A stretch of 64,000 nucleotides of DNA. Source: Azolla caroliniana. Taxonomy: Eukaryota; Plantae; Polypodiophyta. This document shows positions 1-12,100 of the stretch, in pieces. The notes under the pieces are model-generated. The model made no database searches. It had not been told where the DNA came from and saw nothing but the letters and a program-made list of their open reading frames with translations. Location: the NCBI GenBank assembly GCA_043228905.1, contig JBHGNT010000006.1, positions 21,762,001 to 21,826,000 of the forward strand. Reading direction: 5' to 3'. The position numbers were made by a program, and so were the translations under genes. The stretch's first letter is position 1. Each line of letters starts with the position of its first letter.

Positions 1-111
1 ATGCCCAAAAAAGACATCTCCTTTTGCAGAATAATATCTTCCTTCTCCATTTGCCTTGCCCTTCCAGAAGTCCGCATATAAACGTTCCCCCGTATGAAAG
101 TAGAACCAACC
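1..111 (-). CDS. ARC3: ARC3 exon 13 (partial), MORN repeats
   Basis: Acceptor atag| at 112; [37 protein letters not shown]. Confidence 0.92.
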
Positions 112-3100
112 CTATAGCATATGTGACAGATTTATGTGTGGTTCACATATGGTGAAATTTGGTTTAAATCCCCAAAATTTCCATACTCCCTAAACCTATG
201 CTATTGATGACGTGAAAAGACCTACGAACTTCTATATAGACACGTTGAAAGACCGCATTATCCTTTCTGGTACGAGACCCTCGGAAAGTTTAATGCTCAA
301 TACACGATCCCCCAAAACTATGCTATGCATGACGTACAAAATGCTATGACATTCAATATGAAAATGTGTAAAGAATCATATTACTTTACTGCTAGAAAAA
401 TTCGTCTCCAATGTGCAGAAACCCCTAAAACTACACTGCGATGATGTAAAAAGCTACAAATTCAATTACCTTGAATAAAAATTCATTTCTGATGCACAAC
501 CTCCTAAATCTATGGTATAGATGGCACGAAAAGTTATGAATTTCACTATAAAATGTCTAGAGACTATAAAAATCATCATCATACTTGTTTGCTTCTAAAA
601 CCTTTAGAAATTTAATTTTCCATGCATTACCCCTGCCCAAGATAATGGTTTGAAGTTAGAAATGTTTTTTCATGTTGTCCCATACATTGGATGTCTGCAA
701 ACATGCAGTTACCCAAGAAACATGCACAAAAAATATGATGCCATAATAAATCAATTCCAAGAAAATTGACACTGAAAACAAAGTTGGATGAAAGAACCTT
801 TCCATGCATTTGATCATCCCGCCAATTTCCTTGAAAGACATCACCGTTAGCATAGTAGAATGACCCAATCCCCACTCTCTTTCCTTGCTTCCACATGCCA
901 TCATAGAAGCTTCCATCAGCATAGCCTAGACGACCCTACAACCAGACAACACATGACATATTTGTGCATATAGCCCATTAGAATAACCAGGTACCCTAAT
1001 TCTAAAGAAGCTCTAATTGCATAGTATAAAAGCATTAGCTTCATGTATCTTCTAGCACACATTAGGCATTCCCACAGATTATAGTCATGAAAGCAATGGG
1101 TCTGATGTTGCGAACGTTATATTTTAAATTATATACTAACACTTTGCTCCTGAATGCATATGGGTTAATCATAGTGAAATAAAAATATTTCAACAAAACA
1201 AGTGGACACTATATTACTATGCTTTATAGGCATCACTAATAAACATATATGATAGATGAAGATGTGACGTGAATTGCGCAAATGAAAGTAAGAGAACGCA
1301 TGCTGCATACCTTTCCCTCAGGCAGGCCTTCTTTACATCGTCCCTTGTATAGCCCATTTTTATACTTCATTTCAACCATTGGCGGGAGCTCTACTAAGCT
1401 TCTTTCTGATTCCTAGTCACACAGCATGTGAATGGTTATGAAGAACAATAATCTAGAATTACCTTTAATTATTTCACTAAATTCCCCAGATTTTTCATGA
1501 ATTTTGTAAACACCTTTGATCAACCCCCCAAAGAGAAAAAAAGGGAATGAATTGACCATTTAGTTTCTCAGGGAAAACAACAGCATTTGGGGAAATAAAG
1601 AAAAACCCTTGGGGATTTCCAAGTTTTTTCCTTTGGAAAATGCTTTCTCTAGTTATTTAGGCCAAAACTTTTGTCAACAAACCAGCATGGATGCAGCTCG
1701 TTGTGACAATAAGGATGAAACTTGTTTCGATTCTTCGCTCTCATCTTTCTTGAAAGCATTTGCAGATGCTGCATTATATATGTCTATTACTGCTTCCAAG
1801 CCACTAGTTATGACCCTGCTAATGAGCGGTGCAGCAAAATCAAATATTGCTTGGTTTGCCAAACCCCATTGCCTACCTTGGTCTTTTCCCATCAATGATT
1901 CACCCTTATATTCATTTGTAGATCTGATGCCAACTGGGGCCTGAAATGATGTGTTTCTATCAGAATCACCTAGATTCCCAAGTTTTTGTCGTGTCTGAGC
2001 CCATGCTTCTGCATCAGCAGAGTTTGGCCCAGGTTCCCAAACAGAAAAAGGCTGCCTTCCACCCATCACCATTTTCTTCCTTTGGTCTAGAATGGTAGGC
2101 AAGGTAATAAAATTCCACATCCCATTTTCATCATTGTCCAAATTGGGAACTATTCTGTTCGGTGATGGAACTGTTTTATCAATCATTTCAACTTCATCAT
2201 CTTCACTTATTACGAGCCCAGAAGACAATTCTTGTGGCGATCCTGCATTGCTTCTATTACCCTCTTGTGGTAATTCGCACAAGAACTTTTTGTCAATCTC
2301 AATGGGAGAATCCATTGACAAGCCTAAGACTCTATGGGGATCAGGCCCTATTGATATCATATCTGGTGTTGAAAGTCTTTCGATATACTCTTCAGAATTG
2401 GAATCATCCACGACAGATTCCCCAAGTGAGCTATTAGAATCATCTTCAGCTTTTTTGGCATTGTTATAGACAATATTACCATAATTATAACCATTACTAA
2501 GTTCTGATTTGCTACTATCAGTAGGCAGTGTAGGTGCATCATCACTGAAAGAATTAGACTTGGCTGGTTCCTTCAATATTGCAGAAGATCGTCCATCTGC
2601 ACTCTCTTTCAGAACTTCAGTGGACTTCCTTAGCTCACGCCCATTCATACTTCTTGGATACCCTACCATGTTTCCACCTATACTCGAAGTAAATGGTGAA
2701 TGCCCATCCAATGGTAATGTCAAAATATCCTGAATGCCTCCATTCTCTATCCTGGAATTGAAAAATCATTCTCAATTGTTACTAACAACCTACACAAATT
2801 TGCAACTCGATAAGTGAAATGTAATCCTCAATGCTATTACAATTCAGCATAATCCTCAAAAACTAGAAGTTCAAGAGTAAAGTAATTGTATCTCTTGACC
2901 AATTCAACTTGCATACTCTTCACAGAAATCCATTCACATATTGAGTTCATGTAAAAAAGAATAAAGACAATAATTACGCTAGTTGTATCAGCTTCCCATT
3001 TATTTCATTTAGACAATAGATCATGTGCTATCACAAGAAACTCCCAAATCTTTGCAATTGAAGTATTGGTTTTGCTTAGAATCATTTCAGTAACATACTG

Positions 3101-6100
3101 CCTCGATACTGAATACTCTATGGTCATGAAATGGGGGACAAGAATAACATCTATATACGATAATCCAAAATCTAAGAAAAATAATAGATGTTTAAAATAG
3201 GGAATCTCAACAAGTAAGAGAAAAGAAGCATGCCAGACGGAAGGTCTAATTTAATAGAAACCTGCAGGATTGAAAGAAAACTTCTATTAGTCAACCTCAT
3301 CTTCTATATGGTGTCAGAATATAGTGCTGCCCACCTAATTTTCTTTCAACCAACCTGCATAAAAGATGCACATTGAAGTATCTCTTTAAAGTGTCTTCCA
3401 TGTAAAACCTAAAAACAGGTAAGCTTGCAAATCGTAAAATTATGTCTAATTTTAAGTATTAACTATGGTCAAAATGATAAAACTGCTCAGATGAATACAT
3501 AATTCCCTGCTCAGAAAAGATATATCAATATTCTAAGAAAGAGCATCATACCTCGTGAAGAGGATCGTCACAAGGACTACCCCTTGCTTCAATGTTGGCT
3601 CTATCGTGCTTGTACACACTAGTTTTGCTCTAGGACCTATTATACAGCGCAATGCATGTAATGCAGATTGAAGATCTTTTTTATCCTTTTCTTCTGCACA
3701 TGATATTGTGCACACAACAAGACCCTTCACTCCCTGTTCAATAAAAATGCAACATCATTATTTCAAGCTTGAACAAGAAACACTATCAAATCAAGAGTCT
3801 TACTGGCATCAACCAACTTACCGGAACCAAACCCTGTAAGAAAGGTGATTCAAATGCAGCTCGTTGCACTGCAGATTTGATACTATAACTTGATCCAAAT
3901 CCCACTCCTGTCTTCCCTGCGTGAAAAAGCATCTGGAAATATTTTGAAAGAAACTATGTCAAATGGGACAAAATGGTAATGACTCAATACCTCTTCAAAA
4001 ATTAACTACATTTCCAACAGATATAGAGAAAATTTAAAAATATGACTGTTACTGCTGCAATGAGAAACATGTACATGAATACGGTGATTTAATTCCTATA
4101 AAAGGAATACATACAGATAATATCTCGGCAGAGGTAATATCTCGTAGTCCTTCCAGTGGAGCATCAAATACCTTAATTTGATCACCCTGACATCGACAAC
4201 AAAAGTAGATCACTTGACCATTCATAATAGAACAAGAAAAAAAGCCAGCTGATTGATATGGTAACATAAGAATTTTGACAAACTACTACCAAGCAAAGAT
4301 CTGAGATAGCTTTGATGGCATACAGAACTGTATTGTCAGCAATTTTCAAAGCATCTGTCAATTTGACTTTCTCCCTCGATACTAAAGCATCATGTTCAAA
4401 AACTACAGACAGAGAACAAGATAATTTAGTACTTCACGTGTATATAACATGTGTATACAGTACCAGAAATACATGCATTCATACAGAGCACACAAACCAG
4501 TAATACATGCATGTATGCTCTTACACTTCAAAGTTTCACATGTTATGATTTCCAAGTCGTGGATCTTGGAGTTTCTCTCTCATTCTCAAATATTACTGAT
4601 TACAAATGAAGGATAGAGTATCTTACAGGATATGGTGAATCACAAGTATAATCTTCAGAGGAGAGAAATTATTGTTATAAAACATAACTTGTCTGTTAAG
4701 CTCTATATGGTATACAATTATTGATTTACAAAATACAATATACAACATACAATATACGACATATGATATACAATATACCATAAGCTCTATATGGCTGCTC
4801 ATGAAAGAGCACAAAAATGCAAAAAGAATAGGCTTACAAATGGGTTTCTATAACACAAAGTGGGTGGTAGTCTATCTAGTGAATACCAGAATCTGAAGAT
4901 GAGAAAAAAAATGGAGGAATCCCATCAGTTATGCAAGAAGCCTCTATTCATAGATTGGTGTATGCCGAGTTTTTACAGTTTCTGCTAATCAAACTACTGT
5001 CCTCTCTCAAAAAGGAGCTCCATGTTGTGCATAAGCACGTAGATGCATGTTACATGTGGATATGAATTAAAAGACGGGGTCTTAAGGAAATATATATTGC
5101 AATTTGCTACTTTTCACCTGCCTACTCAAGGTTTGCACCTCTCGTTGAATCACCATATCTACCATTATATGATGATATCAGAAGATTTGCTACTATGGGG
5201 GACATAATACTGTTAGGAAACTTCATTGCACAAATTAAGGATGAACAAACAACTATGTTTGACACCAACAAGGCTATTTATGGAGAAGTTATGGCAGAAG
5301 AGGTTGGTCTAACGCAACAAACACTTTCTAGAATTGGGAAGTATGCATGGATTTGTGATATATAATGGATTGTCAAAGTGGCCTGTATTGTCACAGTGAC
5401 CTGGATCGGATGCTTTGACATGTTGGAAACCCAAAAGGAGGTGAAAGCACAATCAATTACCTAATGCGATCTCCATCTCTTATACCTGAAATAAGAGAGT
5501 TCACAATATCTGGTAGAACTATTTACTTGGCAACAGATCATGCATATCTATGCTTTGAGGTGGAGGATGGATGCACAAGGAATGTATATGCTAAGGAGAG
5601 TGGGCTGGCTAAGTATCAATTAATTTGCGAGACAATTGATGTGTATAGTTGTGCAGTATACAACGGCATGCTAGATTTGGATCCTTTCGCACCCCTAGAT
5701 GAAGTTACCCAAGGATTATCAAAATCATTACATAAAGCAGAGCTACAAATGCATTTCCTTGCACAACGGCCAATCCCCCCAAACTTGGTAGAATAATACA
5801 AAATAGTTGGTATGATGAGGAATGTCGTGATACAAGGAGATGCTTGCAGCGTGAAGTAACTCGGGGCATTTATACACTCAAACAAGCAAGAGCAATCTTC
5901 TAATGCCTCGTGAGGAAGAAGAGATTGTACGTAGCTAAATTTGAAGATCATTTGTATCGCTTGTTTCTAGTACAAGAAAGTAAAAGAGCATGGAAAATGT
6001 TTAATGAGAAGCAACCTACCACACAAGTGACCTCACCTCAGGTGTGGCATGAATATGCAAAGGTCCTATGTGATATCCCAAGGCAAACTCCTCTTACCCA

Positions 6101-9100
6101 CCCACATGGCTCACGCCCACACATAAATCCACCTTGTTTACTCCACAAAATGTAAGAAATGCCATTACTTTGCTAATTATATGGTTTGATTCTAGAATCA
6201 GAATGCAGTATATGGGCAAAGCAGAATGGCTGCAGTTCAGCTGGACATGCAGGCTTTTGGAAGGGGTTCACAACTTTGGATCACATATTGATCCTCCGAG
6301 CCCTTATCAAGGAGGGCAGAGCCCATAATAAGAGGATTTATTGCTGCTTTGTGGATTTCCGATAAGCCTTTCACACTATGCCACGTGCTTGGCTTATGCA
6401 ACGTTTAGAAGTTCTTGGTGTTCCTACAGATATGCCATGGGGAACCTATGCACTCTATGAATCCGTGTCAAGAAAAGTGCAGTTCCAAGGGTTTGTTAGA
6501 GGTGGTGGTTAACACAATCGGAGTGAAGCAAGGATGCCCACAATTGGAGTGATATAATCCAGGCAGAGATGGGAGCGACACCTATAATCATGAGGCATTG
6601 CTCCAATCAGTGACATGTATCCAGCGTCTTTGGGAGCTCCCCAAACGAAGGTACCCAAGGTTAGCACTTATTTCATCAAGACAACTGGCTGAAAATGGAG
6701 ACATTCATTGTTGGTATGCTGAAATGCAACAATGGTTTGAGTCGCATGGCATGAGTATAAATGCACTACCCCCGTTCCAATATAGCTTGGACTCTCCCCA
6801 TCTAAATATGACCAAAGTGGAAAAGAATAGAGTGATCTGAACTGATATTTTATTAACTTGGCAAACAAGATAACATGGATCAGTCCCAAAATATCACTTG
6901 GTACAAAGACGGCCGACTACAAGAAACACTTCTTACACACATCGACGGATGGATTCATCATCAGGCCACCTTATATGGACATACATCTATCCTATGCGTT
7001 GCGCAGTGTGATAGGGCAGTTGCGAACTTCATCACATTAGTTAGAGATTGAGGTAGGGAAATATACACGAATAAGTCTAGAAGAAAGAATTTGCCAATTG
7101 TGTTATCAAGGAGTGCAAGCTGAAGAAGACTATGTTTGTCACTGTAGTGGGTTTTATGAAATCAAAGGGAGATACCATTGTCTCTTTAAACAAGGCTTTG
7201 GTCCGCTACGCAAGGTAATGGAATATGAGGACCAACGGCGCCTAGCATTTTTCTTGTAAGAACTCAAGAGACATAGGGAAAAGTTGTTGAAGGGCAATAA
7301 TAGAGCCACAAAAGCTTATCCACAAAGAACAATCACAACTTTCTTTAGCCCCATCACTCCTAATGCTACAAGTCAATCAAGGGATACACAAATGGGCTCT
7401 CGACCAGGACATAACAAAGGGGTTACAATAGATTGGGGAATAGCAATTTGCTGTGCACGTAAGCCCCGGCCCCACAAACCACGACCTCAACACCCTTGTC
7501 ATCGACAGATAAAGGCCAATATCTCCCGCCATTGCAAGTGCTTCCCTCGCTTCGGAGAACTTCCCATTTTGGATCGACCTATGCTAGAGATCTTTCGTAG
7601 ACAAAAGTTATAATATATTTAACTTGAGAATCTCACATGTGCCGAAAACCATATTCTTTAGTCTCTTTTTATCTTATTTACTTTTCTATTTACATAGTAA
7701 TATTTATTTTATTTTGATTTGTTGTTCTCAAAGACAAGACAACATTTAAGATATAATCTCTTGTTTGGTCTTATAGGCCATTGTTGAGAATCAAGCTCAA
7801 CTTGGTCTAGTGTGTGAACTCACCTTGAGAGTGAATAGACACTCCAACGGTCAAGAGTCACCATTATGTCACCACTTTGTATTCTAGCATTTAGTATGAG
7901 TCATAGAATCATATTCTATGACACATAACTTATGAGCTTTCACATTCCCCATGCTCCATGAGTCTTGTAGTTAATGAAGAGAGAGGGTGACTATATAAAG
8001 CACCCTCCTCCTACCTTGTATAATGTTGAGTCTTTCTCCTTTGTTAATATACTTTACCTTGCGTATTCTCTATGTCCTACTCCTCTCTCTCTCTCTCTCA
8101 CTCTCTCTCTCATACACACACACAATTCATATCTATTCCGCTGCACAGAATCCATCTCTTATTCTTTACATGGTATCAGAGTGACTTGGTAGCTCGATCT
8201 AGCCTATCCGCGTGCGTTGTCCTACACCGACGACAAAGAACCGGCCCATCGCTATCGTAGCTTCGCTACCTAGCTCGCATTCGAAGAGAGAAGAAGAAGA
8301 AGAAGAATTGACATAATGAATACTCAAATGGGGAGCGCTCTCCCTACCGAGAAGTTGGATCGAAACAACTTCACATCTTGGGAGTACAAGATGCACCAAT
8401 ACCTTGTCGGACAAGGCTATTGGAGCTACATCAAAGGAGCGCACGAAGACTGATCCGTGGAAACGGATCCCGGATACGTGACATAGGAGCAAGCCACAAG
8501 CCGCGTGATGTATTGCTTAACGACATGTGTTCACGATCACATTCTCGGCTACATTCGCGAAGCCAGGACGCTGAAGGAGGCATGGGAAAATCTACAAAAG
8601 ATTTTCGCGACGAACACAACCGCAAGAAGGCTTCAACTCCGCCAAGAGTTGAACAACATTCAATAAAGGGACATGTCCATCACGACATACACCTTGAAGA
8701 TCAAGGAGCTTTGCGACTCGCTCGGCTCGATAAGCGTAAATATCGATGATGATGATGAGATGGTGCAAATATGCCTCGGCGGCCTCGCACCACGGTTCGG
8801 CGCGATGCGAACCGCCGTTCTAGCAAGGGAGAAATCTCCCTCCTTCTTCGAGCTCCAATCAATGCTATTGGTCGAAAAAAACCACGTGCGTACAAGGAGC
8901 AATGAGTCGGAAGGCCACATGCTCTACACGCACTCGAACGGAGGAAGAGGACGCGGACGAGCGAGAGGCCGATTCGGCCAAGGACAAGGCGGACAAGGTC
9001 TGACCTACAACAACAACTCCCAAGTTCGGCTACAAAACGGAAGCCAACGAGGAACCTTCGCAAGAAGGGGGAGCTTCCACTCCGGCCCGAGCCGTCAAAA

Positions 9101-12100
9101 CGCAACCGAATGCGGATATTGCAGAAAGCTCGGCCACCACGAAGAAGAGTGTCGAAAGAAGATGCGCGAATCGGCTTCCACAAGCCGACAACTCACGAAT
9201 TACGCGTACAATTCCGACTATGAAGAGTATAGCGGAATGTACGGGCACAACTCCGACTACAAAGATCGTGGCGGAATGTATGCACACAACTCCGACCGTG
9301 GCAGAATGTTCATGATAAAACATAGAGCAAACTCTATGTCGGCCTCTACCTCAACTAGTGTCCTCAATCCGGAGGACGTATGGTTTGTTGACTCTGGAGC
9401 CTCAAACCATATGACATCTCATAAAGAATGGTTTCTCGAACTTCGAGAGCCGGAGCGACCCTGTTATGTCGAAATCGGAGATGACACTACGCACCCGATT
9501 CGGCACATCAGCAATGTTCCGTTCGGCAAGAGAGGTAAGCAAACATACATTAAAAATGTCTTGCATGTTCCCACCATCACGAAGAACTTGGTCTCGGTCA
9601 GCCAAATGGTTGAGCAAGGGATGCAAGTACGATTCGACCAAGAAGAGTGCTTCATCGAAAAAGAGGGCCGAATCATCACGCACGGAAGAAGAGAGGGCCG
9701 GATGTTCATTCTCGATTCACACGAGATGAAATCCGCCATGTTCTCAAAAAGCACAAAAGCCGACTTCGACATAGAGCTATGGCACAAGCGAATCGGCCAC
9801 ATCAATCTCAACAAACTCAAAGCAATGAAATCGAAAGGAGTCGTCATCAGACTCCCCGACATTCAAAGAGAAGGAGATTGAAGGTGTATGCGAAGCGTGC
9901 CAATTCAGCAAGCAACACCGACATCCATTCCCAAAAGAGCGGAACGTGAGCAAAGGTTTACTCGACGTAGTCCATTCCGACGTATGGGGACCGGCGCAGA
10001 CGGCTACATTCGGCGGATGCCGGTATTATGTGCTCTTCATCGATGACTTCTCCAAGCACATGTGGCTCTATCCGATGCGGCAAAAGAGTGAAGTGTTCGG
10101 ACACTTCCAAAGGTTTAAAAACGAAGTCGAAAAAGCCACTGGTCGTCATGTACAATGCCTTCAATTGGATGGCGGCAAGGAGTACTTCTCGAACAATTTC
10201 ACAGCGTATCTCCGAAAGGAAGGAATTCGGCGAGATTTCACTTGCCGACACACTCCGCAACAAAACGAAGTAGCCGAGCGCAAAAATCGGCACATCCTCG
10301 AAGTAGCGCGGGCCATGATGAACGAGAAGCATATGCCCAAGTCATATTGGGCCGAAGCTACACATACGGCCGTCTACCTAATGAACCAGTGCACAACATC
10401 CGGAGTGCACGAGGTCACTCCGCATGAAAAATACTTCGGAAAGAAGCCGGACTTATCGCACACTCTGATATTCGGCGCGATAATATACGTGCACATACCC
10501 GACGAAAAGTGGCAAAAGCTATATCCAAAGTCGGAGAAATGTATCCTCGTAGGATACTCACTCGAACAAAAGGGGTACAAATGCTACAACCCATCTACCC
10601 GAAAAGTTCGAGTAAGTCGAGACGTCATGTTTGACGAATCCGCATCCTGGTACGCACCAAAGAAGATTCCGACTTCAACCTCGATCGACATGGAGCCGGC
10701 CGAACAAGAGCGAGAAGGTAGAGATCGCCTCGAAGACATGTTCGAAGATAGCCCGATTACCACAAGGCTAAGTGGGCCACAAGAGCCCCCAAGCCATCAA
10801 AGCACATCACGGCCTAGCCCGAAGATGGACAAAGGCAAGGTGAAAATGACGGAATACGAAGACGATCGCTTCGACGATGATGAGTCGACTCACTCACTCG
10901 ACAGTGAGTTCGGCAGCTTCGATGTACCAATCGGAGCTAAGAAAGCCCTCATCTCTGCAAATGAAAAGCTCTGTCGCTCCACCCGTGAAAAGAATCCGGT
11001 CAGCCGATTCGGCTACAACGACTACATGGCATATCACTATGCCTTTATGATGAAGGTGGCGACAATACGCGAGCCAGAAACATTTTCCGAAGTAGCCAAG
11101 GATCCACGATTGATTGAAGCCATGAACAAGGAGATGCAGGCACTACGCAAGAACGAGACATGGGATCTCGTTCCCACCTCACCACACAAAAAGGCGATCG
11201 GATGCAGATGGATTTACAAAGTGAAGTACAACACCGACGGTTTCGTCAACCGCTATAAAGCGCGACTCGTAGCAAAAGGCTACGCCCAAACGCACGGAGT
11301 TGACTACGAGGAGACCTTTGCCCCGGTGGCAAAGATGACAACGGTACGGACCGTAATTGCACTTGCCGCGACGAAAGGGTGGCACCTCCATCAAATGGAC
11401 GTCAAGAACGCCTTTCTACAAGGCGAATTAGAAGAGGTATACATGATACAACCACCCGGCTTCAAATCGAGCACCCATCCGAAAGCTGTATGCCGACTCA
11501 AGAAGCCACTCTACGGCCTCAAGCAAGCACCGCGTGCTTAGCATTCGAAGATAACGTAATATCTTCATCAAATCAGCTTCCGTATGTCAAAATCAGACAA
11601 CTCCCTCTACATACGAAGCGATTCCGCAAGTCCGATCGTCATCATCTTATATGTGGATGACCTAGTCATTGGAGGTGAGCATCTAGTCGAAATCAATAAG
11701 GTCAAATCCCTCCTTTCCGACAAGTTCGAGATGACGGACATGAAGGAGCTCCACTACTTCCTTGACATCGAGGTAATTCAGACTCCGACCGGAATCATGA
11801 TCTCTCAACGGCACTACATCCTCAACTTGTTATACAAGTTCGGGATGGCTGAGTGCAAATCCGTGGTAACCCCGCTCGATCGCAATCTCAAACTAGATGC
11901 GAACTCCGGCACCAAAGCGTGTGAGCCGACTTAGTATCGGCAACTCATCGGGAGTCTCATCTACCTCACGATCACTCGACCCAATCTCAATTATCCGGTC
12001 GGTCTCCTTAGTCAATTCATACAAACGCCGCGTTATACTCACTTGGATTGTGCTAAGCGAGTTCTACGATACGCGAGCGGCACAATGGATTGCGGTATCC

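Noticed and set aside
3200-3360. Extra ARC3 exons after tgcag acceptors
   Set aside because: The required phase runs into stops; 3552 joins 2751 in phase directly
7974-8192. Recurrent small [16 protein letters not shown] (also at 13068, 45615, 62977)
   Set aside because: It spans the LTR TATA box and microsatellite and recurs only because the LTR does
9850-9950. Programmed frameshift in the Copia-1 integrase
   Set aside because: Copia-4 is in frame here (ctccca versus ctccccg), so this is a private 1-bp insertion
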